From Octopus sinensis (Eukaryota): a stretch of 64,000 nt of DNA. The DNA lies in NCBI RefSeq assembly GCF_006345805.1, contig NW_021833436.1, positions 11,132-75,131 on the forward strand. The letters are read 5' to 3'. Of this stretch, positions 26,041-38,298 are shown piece after piece. Under the pieces are notes generated by a model. The model ran no database searches and had not been told where the DNA came from. It saw only the letters and a list, made by a program, of their open reading frames with translations. A program made the translations under genes and the position numbers. Positions within the stretch are counted from its first letter, which is position 1. Every line of letters starts with the position of its first letter.

Positions 26041-26849
26041 TTGAGGTGCACACACATAACACACACACACACACACACACACGTTTATCTCACCGAATAA
26101 ACTGCTCTTCTCTCTAGACATCACATTCTGCGTCCCCTTCCTAGTTTCTACAATCACCTGATAAATAATTCCTAACTTTCCTGTGAGCACTAACCGATTA
26201 TCAAAATAATATACTTACTCAATAATAATAAAAGTTAAAAATACTTATACAAATTTTAAAAAACAAGTAATAAATTTTTGTGGAGAGGCAGAACTGAATG
26301 AATTTCACCAAGAACAGAATCAGGTTTTTTACAATAAAATACTACCACATTCAGCAACATATAGATATTGATTATAGACATTCATCTAATGCATCCACAA
26401 TGAAACATCGAGAAATACAACTGCATTTACGCATCAGAAATAAACGAATTCATAATAAACCAGTGTCAAACACAAATACATTTCATCAAACCACATCTCA
26501 GCATTAAACAACTTAATAATGAAATAAATTCAAATATATAAATAAACAATAGAAAAACAGAACATGGAAAATTTTGTATCGTGCAAAACGCATAAATCTA
26601 TAAAGAGTGCAGCATTATCACGAACACCACCAAAAATAGCAACAACAACAGCGATCTGAACACGTGTCAAAATATCAACTTCGCTCACAGGCCAAATTAT
26701 CAAGCATTTCTAGAAACCATCCAAAAGACGATATGAAAGAAGAAGCGAAAATTACACTAGCTATCTAAATATATATGTGTATATATGTTTGATCATCCCT
26801 TAAATAATGCGGTTTTGTCAATTGCATTAACAGAAGACATGAGATTTAG

Positions 26850-27185
26850 GACTGGTACTTATTTTATCGACCACGACGGAGTTTGAACTCAGAACGTAAA
26901 GACGGACGAAATATCACAAAGAATTTAACCGTGTATGCTAATTATTCTCCCTGCATGCCGCCTTAACCACAATAATACATTTTCTACTAAAGGCAGAAGG
27001 CATGAGATTTAGGGGAGAGGGCTAGTCAATTACTTCCATCCCAGTACCCAACTAGTACTTATTTTATCGACCCTGAAACAATGGAAAGCGAAGTTAATCA
27101 TGACGAAATATCAACTCAGATCGTAAAGACGGATGAAATGCCGCTAAGCACTTTGTCCGGAGTGCTAACCATCCTGGCAGCTCAA
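26850..27185 (-). mobile_element. Two adjacent tRNA-derived SINE copies
   Basis: gtacttattttatcgacc...aactcaga.cgtaaagacgga.gaaat occurs twice; reverse complement of the SINE at 61155. A third degraded copy lies at about 27660-27780. Confidence 0.7.
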
Positions 27186-28216
27186 ATATCCCGAAATCCC
27201 CAAAATGTGAGAACCACAAAAAAAATAAAATAATAATAATTATAATAATAATTCATATGCCAGGAAACCTAAAAGTATCAGATCTACAACAAAATGTTTT
27301 CATGGCGATTATCCTCATTGTAAGAAAAACATTGTCGACTTGGAAATAACTGATTTTCTAAAAACTCTTTCAAAACCGAAATATTACAAACGTATAGAAA
27401 CTTAGTTCTCAGATGCTGTTCTCCTTCCGCTACAGCATATCATTGCCAATCATAAATAACACTCATACTAGAACGTCCAAATTGCTGTTACATGATGTTT
27501 CTGGATCAGACTCGGAACAATTCGTATAAAATCTAGCAACAATAACGTAAATAATACTAATAATAATCCTCTCTACAATAGGCACTAATCTAGCAATTCT
27601 TGTGAGAGGTGTTCCTTATTGCTAAACAAGTAATTACATAAACTGTTAAGTACCTGAACTGGTAATTACCCTAAGTGGTAATTATTTTATCGACTCTGAA
27701 TGGATGAAAAGCAACGTCGTTATTCACAGCATTTGGACTCAGAGAGTAGTGAGGTGGAAGAAATTGCTAAACATGCATTTGATCATAATTGATCATAACG
27801 AACTGAAATATGAAATCAATAGGATGTGAAAAATAAAGCATTCAAACATCACACCAGTAATCGTAGGTGCATTAGGAACAGCAAAGGAAATCAATAGCAA
27901 AATAGAGAAAATCGAAGCAGATAGTGACAGAGCTATTGCAAACAGTTTTCTCAGTATTCCGATGTTGTTTTTCTGTTTCGCTGAGTCCAATCGTCACTGT
28001 TTGGACTAAGGTTTACTTATACAGTAATTTAAAATCAGGTTAAAAGCATTTGTTTTCCTCTTCTTCATTAACGTTAGCCATTTGTTTCGCTGAAGGAAAA
28101 TGATTGCAAGTCATTATTTATACTTTGTGCCCCACCACCTATACGGCAAGTTTTGATAAATACAACGAAAATGATGATAATAGTAATAAAAGTGAAGAAA
28201 AATTAGCTTAATAAAA

Positions 28217-28219
28217 GTG

Positions 28220-28276
<57 letters not shown>

Positions 28277-28277
28277 T

Positions 28278-28318
<41 letters not shown>

Positions 28319-28327
28319 TTGGTGGTG

Positions 28328-28375
<48 letters not shown>

Positions 28376-28393
28376 ATAATAATAAATAATGAA

Positions 28394-28442
<49 letters not shown>

Positions 28443-28520
28443 CTATTTGTAGCAGCAGCAGCAGTAGTAGTAGTAGAAGTAGGAGTAATTGTTGTTGTTG
28501 TTGTTGTAGTAGTAGTAATT
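28217..28520. repeat. Compound trinucleotide microsatellite (GTA/GTG/ATA/GCA/GTT)n
   Basis: Directly visible. Confidence 0.95.
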
Positions 28521-29299
28521 TAGTTTCAAAATGGTCAACACGCATCACATAAACTAGCAGATAAATGTACATATCCAGCAACAAACAGAACGATAGCAAG
28601 ATAAAAAAAAATAGACAGACCTACTCACCAGAATACCAAAATAATTGTACCCACATCCAACTTTGTTGTGGTTAGAAAGAAAAATAAATAACAAAGATGC
28701 CCCTGTCGCCAAAACATATGGGCCTATAGTATGCTTGAAAATTATATGCAAACTGTACACTTATTGTCTGAATATGTTTCTCCAAGACCACTGCTAAAGA
28801 AATGGTATGATAACTGATGAACAGGCCGGAGGAAAGGAAGGTGTATGGGGTTGTGTTGAGCAGTTTCTCAACAAAGTTTTCCTTTAGGGAGCTCAGCAAC
28901 ATCGCCGTTATCTCTTAATAATATGGCTAGACTACGAGTCATTCCACTTTGTTCCTCACTAACAGGTGCATTTAACAAGACCATATCTCACAATGCTTTT
29001 TGCAGTGCCAGTGTTAGTACCAACATTTGGTTTGTTTGACTGGATACCCAACAAGATACGCAGACTGGACATCTAACCGGAAGGGTACTGACCACTGCTG
29101 GTATCTTCTACGTTTACGACCATACCGATAGAGTCTATGTGAAACGAGTTGATGTTTGTAGAGGTCAGTAGTCAGTTCAAATTGCTGTCCGATAACAGCT
29201 GCTGAAGAAAGAAAGAAGTACATTCCATAAATACTGAAAATTAAGAGCAAAACATCTTAAGAATTAGTGAAAATCTACTGGGCATGTTCTCTGAGAATA

Positions 29300-29725
29300 T
29301 AACAGTCTCCTGCAACTGAAAGGAGACTGGACTGGCCTACCAAAACAGAAGCTTGGAGGAGAAGCGGGCATCATGCCAACAAAAAGCAATGCATGGGTAT
29401 ATATTCCGTAAGCTAGAGGGCAACAGCAGCATTGACAAGAAAAGAAACCTCGCCCGGACGCGTAATAGATACATTACATCCCACCAAGAAGGATATGCCT
29501 TCGCTATCAAGGAACAGGAGATAGTTATTAAATCCTGATAAACAAGAGAGACAATGATATCACCAAACGTTTACGTTGTAATAGAAAATGTGAGCTCTGC
29601 AGAAGATATCACCAGTATCATTAGCAGTTGACCCAAATTGTCTACCAGATACTACATGCCCTGTGGCATGACATAGCTGCAAAGACTGTTTATAATGCTA
29701 CCCACAGGAATGACTGCCCAGACGT
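29300..29725 (+). mobile_element. R4-type non-LTR fragment (post-RT region)
   Basis: QQKAMHGYIFRKL..ITSHQEGYAFAIKEQEI, followed by remnants of the zinc knuckle and RHD region. Confidence 0.65.
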
Positions 29726-29739
29726 ATGCATCAAAGTTA

Positions 29740-30990
29740 CGACAGATGTGCCAGAGAAAGCAAAAAAGGACAAAGTGGGAAAACCCGAAAAGGAAAATAA
29801 GGAAACGACGGAGGTGACCGTGGAAGAAGCTGGAAGGCAGAAGAGCGACAACAAGGAAGGCAGCGAGATGGAATTCACGCAAGAGACGCACAAGAGGAAG
29901 AAGCCCATTTCCATCGACTCCCCTTCCCAAACATAAAAAAAACAACAATGCAAACAGACAACATTAAAACAATTCCCCAACTCCACCCCTTTGGCACTGT
30001 GTTCGTGGGGACGAAAAATGCCAAACCCCACCCCATAAACCCAGAAAGAAAAATAAAGATAAAGATATTTCTCTCGACTCGAAAAATGAAAGAATATTTC
30101 GTTTCGTAAAGGCGCACCATCAAATAAAACTCTTAAGCAGAACGGCAGACAACCAGTCTGCTGTTTGCTACGCAAGGGTGTGCGATGACGGGTGGATGGA
30201 CAGAATTCTGCAAGAACAGCTGAAAAAAAAAAGGATGTGAATGATATCGCTCAAGAAATAGCGGACGGGAAAATAACAATTACCCTGGCAGCCACACCAA
30301 GCCAGAGCCCGGTGGCCACACCGGTAAAAATCCCAGCGGTTATGTCTACTAAGGGGAGAGAGGGAGAAGCAGTCAGACAGAAACTGCCATACGCCCGGTC
30401 GCAACCGTAAGTAGAAAATTTAATCTTTCGTTCATCAATGATTAAGTTAGGTTGTATAAATGTGCGTGGGCTGAGGTCGAAATGGAAACAAGCTTATTTC
30501 CTGAACGACCTCAGGATACACAGTATAGATATAGCCGTTGTAACCGTCTATACAAACTGGCAACAGAATGGGAGAATTTCCAGTGCTCTAAGCCGGAGAG
30601 GGATGACGCTGGTCCAGAAAGATCCGAGCAAGGGGGATAGTATTAGTAACTACCGGTCTATAACTCTACCTAACGTAGAGTTAAAGATTTTGGCCAAGGT
30701 GCTAGCGAAAAGGTTGATGGATGTCGTGGAGAAACTTGTCGGGAATGCACAGACATATGCAACACCCGGCAGGTCGATCCAGGACAATCTTCACCTTATC
30801 CGCCACACCTTAGACAGGCTGGGTAAATTAGCCGGCAAAGGTGGCGCAATAGTCCATTTAGACCAAAGTAAAGCATTTGATAGGATCAACCATCAGTACC
30901 TGGCGGTGGTCCTCGAAGCGGCTGGGCTGGGCCCAGTCTTCCGCGGATGGATCTCTGCTATGTACAGCAGCATCGAGTCCACAGTCCTGA
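29740..30990 (+). mobile_element. Tx1/L1-clade LINE fragment: ORF1 tail, AP-endonuclease start fused to RT start
   Basis: MIKLGCINVRGLRSK..DIAVV (APE N-terminus), then NYRSITLPNVELKILAKVLAKRL..PGRSIQDNL..LDQSKAFDRINHQYL. Confidence 0.85.
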
Positions 30991-31400
30991 TAATCCGCCC
31001 AATGTCATATTTTAATTTAAGGTAAAAAAGGTGGTGTCAAAAAAAACAAAAACCCAGTTAATTGTACAATAATGAATGCCATTTGTAAATATATTCATCC
31101 GAACTCAGATATCATTTTTGTGTGTTTGTAATGTTCTGTAATGTGCCCCTGTGTTTGATTGTATAGTCATAAGAAATATATTCATCATTAGCTCGTGATT
31201 AACACACGTTGAGGACGGGAAACCACCCAGAAACTCGAGTACATGTGTATCACGTAAAGCCAGAGAAGAGCGCGATGACCTCTCCTCGCAAATACTAATC
31301 GGACACACAATGTGTGTCGTTAGGCAGCTGGAAGGGATGTCTTCCTGGGGCTATAAACGTCACTAGCACTGTCCCGTATAGGACGCCAAGCTTGGTTGGC

Positions 31401-31446
<46 letters not shown>

Positions 31447-31469
31447 GAGTTTGTCTGTGTCTATTTCTT

Positions 31470-31660
31470 CCAACTACTGCTTAAAGACTGGTGTTGTTTT
31501 TTACGTTCCTGTATCTTAAGAGTTCAGCAAAAAACCCAAATAAAATCGGTACCAGGCTTAAAAATGTATATGACTTGCAGTCGATTCGTTCTACTAAAAT
31601 TCTACACGGTGATGCCCCAGCATGGCCATAATCTAAATGATTGAAACAACTGGTGTGTGT
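31470..31660 (-). mobile_element. Probable SINE copy
   Basis: Contains gtgatgccccagcatggcca, also seen at 47112; sits between TA/TG microsatellites. Confidence 0.55.
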
Positions 31661-31697
31661 GTGGGAATATATATATATATGTGTGTGTGTGTGCGTA

Positions 31698-31759
<62 letters not shown>

Positions 31760-32024
31760 ATATACTCCCACACACACAACACATGTATATTGCATACACA
31801 TACATACAGTAACTAGAAATCATGTTTTATGTTTTGGTCCTTTAGAAAATATATGGATATGTATGAATATGTGTATGTATGTGCATATTCATTTCTACAC
31901 ACACACATATACGTATACACACACATAATCCGTATGTATACACATATAAATATAAATATATATGTGTGTGTGCGTGTGTGTGAGAGAGAGAGAGTATGAG
32001 TATATGCATGAATTTAAAGAACAA

Positions 32025-32064
32025 ATGACAATTCAACTGTTAAAATTATTTCTCTACACTACAG
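32025..32064 (+). CDS. PAN/Apple + C-type lectin gene, putative coding exon 1 (MTIQLLKLFLYTT)
   Basis: ATG at 32025; donor cag|gtataa at 32064/32065 leaves phase 1, matching the next acceptor. The cactacag|gtataaacttgtttgtg junction is conserved in the paralogous copy near 15320. Confidence 0.5.
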
Positions 32065-32137
32065 GTATAAACTTGTTTGTGTATTTATGTTTGTGAGTAT
32101 ACACACACCGACACCCACACAAACACGCAGACACACA

Positions 32138-32172
<35 letters not shown>

Positions 32173-32187
32173 ACACACATACACAAA

Positions 32188-32238
<51 letters not shown>

Positions 32239-32499
32239 TCAATTAGAAAATATTTCACTGCATTGACAGAGATTCATGGTTAGATGGTCACACGGTTCAG
32301 ATTGTTTGCACAGACAGTTTCATTTCCTTTTAAATAATAAAAAACAAAAAGAACAAAACCGTAACACAACAATTATTCAATACGAAATATATATAAATAA
32401 GAGAACTTTTATGTATGAAAAGTGGTAATCATTTTCACTCGTTAACATTTTACGTGTTGTTCATCACAGAATATTAAAGAAATATGTATTCCTTCTCAG

Positions 32500-32838
32500 T
32501 CGGGCACGTCATTCGAAAAGCAAATCTTCACGTACTTACTATCCTAGTGCTGTTATTGCAGATGTACTTGGTGGGTAGCGTGAGTTCCAGAGAATATTAT
32601 GGGATTCGTATTAATCCTTCTGTAACTGGCATTCCAGAAGAAGACAAATTGAATAAGATGTCAAACATCCGATCACGTATTGAGTGCTTTTCTTTCTGTA
32701 TGACAAATTCCAAATGTGGTATGATTATTTACAGCGGTTCCGAGAGAGTATGTATCCTACGTAAAATCAAGCAACTACCTGGTGCCCCATCATTTATCGA
32801 CATTCCTCCAAACAGTATTTACACCATGCTTCAAGCCC
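32500..32838 (+). CDS. PAN/Apple + C-type lectin gene, exon 2 (hydrophobic signal/anchor plus PAN/Apple domain)
   Basis: Acceptor ttccttctcag|, donor ccc|gtgagt. Encodes LHVLTILVLLLQMYLVGSVSS and SRIECFSFCMTNSKCGMIIYSGSERVCIL (C-x3-C-x5-C-x11-C, PAN-like). Confidence 0.8.
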
Positions 32839-34555
32839 GTGAGTAGTTTCCTTTTCTAGTGTATGTGTTGCGCATATTATTACCTTTTCTTTCACTTATT
32901 ATTTAAACCCTCTTCTTTTGATATCGAAGACGATATCTGTGGTCTGAGATAAATTTCGACCCTATTTCTAGGTCATCGGAGACGTAAAGATTCTCTTTTT
33001 GGATCATGTTGCAAATGTTGTTCAAAAATAATTATTCTTACTGTCATTTCAGCTTAGTAATGTCGTCTTAGCATAATCTGCAATGTATTCAGACCTACGT
33101 GAAACTCGTTTTTTTTAAAGACAGTTGTATATTTATATGAAGGCGATTTTTTACAACTACATATAGGCCATTTTTAGATTCGTATCGCGCTAGTGTGTGT
33201 ATGCTTGTGTATTGAGAGAGAGCGTGTGTATGCTTGTGTGTTGAGAGAATGTGTATGTGTGTGTGTGCTTGTGTGTTGAGAGAGAGCGTGCTTGTGCGTT
33301 GAAAAAGAGCGTGTGTGTGTTTTTGTGTTATGCGTAGGTATGAGCTTTTTGATTATAAATTTAATACGTAAAGTATCTTTTGGTAGTATATTTTTAAAAA
33401 CTCGTGTTTGTTTCTATAGATGAATGCCCAACAAAAAATGGTTTTATTATCATGTAAGGTCACTGGTATAGATAGATAAGATCTGGTAATATATATTAAT
33501 AAGGATCACAAAAGTCATTGGATGCAGAAGGCTTTTCCCTGATCAGTGGATTATATCGGAGACTCTCGAATTATGCCCAAAGGAAAAAAATTAGTTTTCA
33601 ATGAAAAAAGTTGTCCATAAATAAAATTTAATGAAAGTAAAATTTATAAAAAAACGTTATTTATAATTTTTCAAAAAATCCAGTCATTGCATGCTTTTTG
33701 TAAGATCAAGTTTTCTCTAAAATAAGTCTTGCTCCAGATAATGTATTCTTAACAGTAAAGTTGCAAAATATTGTTTGACTCACTTGATGTTTTGGAAATA
33801 TCGAATAATGTTTCCGCAGTAAATTAAGTTTGAGAACCTCTGAATGAGACATCTTGCTGCTATAATTGCACACACAACTACACCTGACATATATATAGAA
33901 TAGTTTTCTACGCCATTTGGTAATATTTAATTTAATATTGATAGGTTCCATGTAAAACAATGGACGTTACCATCAGTGATTGGTGTTGTGAAGGCCTGTG
34001 TATAAGTAAGCATTTTATAATTGTTGATTTCAAGAAAGGTTAGTTGAAGCAGCATCAGTAACATTCCTGACTGTATTTTTGACATTTTTCGTTGAATATA
34101 TTTCTTTCAGAAATATTTAAGTTCTTATTCGAGTTATAGATTATTGTTGCTGTTCTTGTAGTTATTAATCTTCTTGTCGTTGTTGTTGTTCTATTATCAC
34201 AATTTGATCGTATTTGGTGCTTTTCGTTACGGTTTACTTCTCCTTCATTGGTATCTAAATGAGTATGTTTGCTAGACCCAGTAGGTGGCTTATTGAACTG
34301 TTATCGCATGTTATCGCTATTGTTTATGCTGTGCATATGCTGCTCCACCTAAATTAGTGAAGTTAGCGTCAGATACCTTCACGGTGTGACGATTATATAT
34401 ATAGAGAGAGACATACACTCAATCATATATACATAGACACATTTATTTACATACTTATTTATATACATCAGTGGTCAATGAGGAAAGGAGGCGGAGAGAC
34501 AGCTACGGGAAGGAAATAGAGATGAGAGAGGGATATTTTGCACTACGTATATCTA

Positions 34556-35856
34556 CGAGGCTGTATCAAAAAGTTCCCGAAATAGTTCTGTAGCGCGCCA
34601 ACAGTTGGCAGCACACCGTTGTGCGCGTAGTGAGAGCTGGCAGTGACCATCATGAGGCAATGTGCCTATTGACATTGCTGTGTTTACTTCGTAAGTTCGG
34701 AAATTTGTATGTTTGTGATCATTTGTATGCTGTAGTCTGCTATTTTGTTATATTGAGGAAGCTGGAACAAACAGCCAACGTAAAATTTTGTGTTAAACTT
34801 GGGACGTCGGCTACAGAAACATTGAGCATGCTTGCCAAGTTTACGGTGACGAGGCAACGGGTCGAACGCAATGTTTCGAGTGGCACGGCTGCTTCAAAAG
34901 CGAGTGAGCGTCCCCGGAAGACAATGAATGATCTGGAAGACCTGCCACGAGAGTCACCTCCGAAAATATGGAGTAAATTACTCAGATTGTGCATGACGAT
35001 CGCTGGAAGACACTCAATGACATTGCTGATGTTGTTGGTCCATCGCATGAGTTCAAGCAGGAAATCCTAACATCTGAATTGAACATGCGACGTGTCTCTG
35101 CCAGGTTTGTCCCTCACCAGCTGACTACTTAGCAGAAAGAATATTGCATTGAAATCTGTCAAGGTTCTACGTCAGCGTGCCACTGATGACCCGTCCTTCA
35201 TGTCGAGGATCATCACCGTTGATGAGAGTTGGATCTACGGGTAGGAACCTGAGACGGAGCAGCAGTCGTCACAATGGAAAAGCCCTCCATCTCCACGACC
35301 GAAGAAGGCACGACGGAGACGCAACTCAATCAAGAGCATGCTCATTGCTTTTTTTCGACATCTACGATCTTATGAATCGAGAATTCAACCCTCAGACCGT
35401 CAATCGAGAGCTCTACTGCGATGTTTTGAAGCGTCTGGAGGAGGACATTCAGTGAATGCAACTGGATCAGTAGAGCGTGAAGAATTGTATTCTTAACGAC
35501 GAGAATGCTCCCTGTCACGGAGTTCTCCTCTCTCCTGAGTTTCTCGCTAAACACAACGTTGTATCGCTTCCGCATCCACCATATTCACCAGATTTAGCAC
35601 CTCCGGACTTCTATTTTTCCCCAAGATGAAAACGCTGTTCAAAGGTTGCCGTTTTAACACCATTGACGTGATCAAGTGCGAATCGCAAATGGTCCTCGAC
35701 TCGCTTACGGAAAATATTTAGGCCGGATTACAAAAGTAGCAGGACCGGTGTATTGCTGCTCAAGTTGACTATTTCGAAGGAGACAATGTTAAAACGTTTT
35801 ATTACACATAACTTGTCCGTGAACTGTTTGATATCACCTTGTTTGATATCACCTTG
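34556..35856 (+). mobile_element. Degenerate full-length mariner in intron 2 of the lectin gene
   Basis: Left TIR cgaggctgtatcaaaaagttccc; right end gtgaactgtttgatatcaccttg with the terminal ~15 nt duplicated. LEQTANVKFCVKLG, IITVDESWIYG, HPPYSPDLAPPDF. Confidence 0.9.
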
Positions 35857-36026
35857 AGGGTAAATTTGGGGAAGTGTGTTGCTCAGAGAGGAAGAAAGTC
35901 TGAAGTTTGCAGGAAAGTCAGATAAATAGAAATTACTGAGCACATTTGATTAAAGTGGAGTTAGGAGTTAAAATTGTGCAAATAACATCATTGCAACTAA
36001 TCGAAAAGTTCGGAAACATTGTGTAT

Positions 36027-36220
36027 ACGAGTGGAGGCTGAAATGTTCTTGTCTTTGGGCAAAAGAAAATACAGGAGGATCAGTTAATTATGATTTTATT
36101 TAACTTTTCCCCTTCTCAGATTCACACACTTATTACATCGGTCCTTCAGTTTCCTTGAGCCATGTAAAATGAGCTCAGAATGTTGAGCCTCCAACCAAGC
36201 CTCTGTAGCAGTGATCACTT
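36027..36220 (-). mobile_element. Probable mariner terminal fragment
   Basis: Begins ta-cgagtggaggctgaaatgttc, a TIR-like start; no ORF. Confidence 0.45.
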
Positions 36221-37739
36221 CCGAATAGGAGTGAAATTATCATTAAAAACTACTGTTTGCTAATTTAATTAACAGGGTATTTTCCTGCGTTGTGATAATA
36301 ACACATCTCAAATCTCAAGAATATTTCTTAGAGGTCTTGCATATATTCCTATATCCTTTCAGCTTTTTGGGGGTGTTGTGTTGAGTGCACCAATTAAAAG
36401 AAGATTTTTTTTTTATATGCAATCTAATATCGATAGACTGTGTAGCGATTAGAATGAACTTGAGTTGGATTTGAACTCAGTAATTTAAAGCATTAAAAAA
36501 TTACCACAAGTTAATTTGTCTGATCATTTATCTATTCTCCCGCATCCCAGCCACAAATTAAAATTGAGAATAGCTCAAAGATATTAATAGTTCATGATAC
36601 TAAGCTCCAGTTCACCTCTTATAGAGCGGACCCCTGATCCAAAGCGTTCCAGATATAACCATTCGTTATTTTAAAAATGGTACAGTGTATTATCTGTGTT
36701 GCTATAACGAACGCATTAAATGATGTTTTAGTGTCTTTGTTGTTGATTCAACTCTTCGTGAGTCGTATTAATGAATGGCAGAAGGTGTTTTGTTTGCATA
36801 TTTAAAAGATGAGTGGAATATAAAACAGTTTTATCTGCAGAGGAGTTTTGGGTTCTAAGCGGCTGAGAGGACATTATTATCAGAGTTAGAAGAGCTTAGA
36901 AGAGATTATTTAATTCGCATAAAGTACATTAGTCGACAATCGAAGACCCATTAAAGAACCAGTCGCTTCATATGCTGCGACAAAACATCCCGTTAAGAAT
37001 CTCCCAATCCAGTTTGAAGATGAAGTCGATAAATGAGCATTAGTTTACTGGAAGATTCTCAATCAGCTGTAGTTTAAAATCATATAAAGGAATCAAATTC
37101 ACAATATATCTCATATCGAAGTTGCCAAGACATGTAACTATAAATGTGTCGTGTAAAAATATGATAAAATGACTATTAGAAATCACTGAGTAACGGAAAA
37201 ATACACAAGGTGATAAAAAAGGGAACCTTTAATAATAAGTTAGAGATGCTTGAGATAAGAGCAATAATCGGGATATTCGTAAGTTAGGAAGGTTACTTCT
37301 TTACGCTTTAATGATGCAGTAATCAGTTTCTATTCATATTAATTAAGATGTGGGGAGTATCAACATTGGTGAGTTTAACACCTGAGCATACATTTCTAAC
37401 TTTAGTGGATGGAATATCGATTGGTCACACTATCTTGATGTATCGTGAGGAATAAAATATTTAATACATAATAACTATGAGCATTACGGGATGAGAGAAC
37501 GTTGTAGAAAAGAAAATTTTAGAAAGAGATTGTGTACGGAAAAACAAAACTGGAAGGTAAATGATTATCAATTCTGCTTGTCAGTGTACAGTTAGAAATC
37601 AGTCTGAATTGGGGTGTACTGAGTGAGAGAAAATAATTCTAAGTCAGTCAGAAGTTAATATTGGCCTGAAATTAACACAAGTTATTACCTCTCCAAAAGA
37701 TTTAACGCATGAAACATATTTTTCCTTGTCTTCCTAAAG

Positions 37740-37913
37740 CTGAATGTCCAACGTCAGACAGCTACACTTATCAACCAGAATTTAGATTATGTTATCAAAT
37801 AAATTCAAATAAAATGTCATGGAATAACGCTGCAGACGATTGCAATGAGAAACGAGGACAACTTATTCACATTAGAAATTTAGAAGTAATGCTCTATCTA
37901 CAAGAAAAATTGA
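37740..37913 (+). CDS. PAN/Apple + C-type lectin gene, exon 3 (N-terminal half of the CTLD)
   Basis: Acceptor ttccttgtcttcctaaag|, donor tga|gtgagt, phase 1/1. ECPTSDSYTYQPEFRLCYQINSNKMSWNNAADDCNEKRGQLIHI matches the long-form CTLD start. Confidence 0.88.
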
Positions 37914-38298
37914 GTGAGTAACAGTTTGTTATTTTATACACACACTCCCGCACACATAACACGCACTCACGCGCTTTCTTTCTCTCTTCCTCTCATTAAA
38001 AACATACACGCGCACGCGCACGCGTACACACGAGCGCAAATGTACTCAAGATATATCAAATTTCATAAACTATAACTGTTCAATGAAATTCTTGATTTAA
38101 ATTTTCTGCTATTTTGCAAATTACATTCCGTTTTTCTTGCAATTATTTTCTTTTATTTGTACTTTCTACTCTGATTATTTATTTAGTGACTAGAAAATAC
38201 ACCAACTTTTGATAAAATATCGAATGTAGTCACTAATTTCGTACATATTTTAAAAGAATTATATTATACTATCATTTATTCTCAATGCGTTACAAAAA

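Noticed and set aside
28114-28599. Poly-L/T/V/N ORFs
   Set aside because: Translations of a compound trinucleotide microsatellite.
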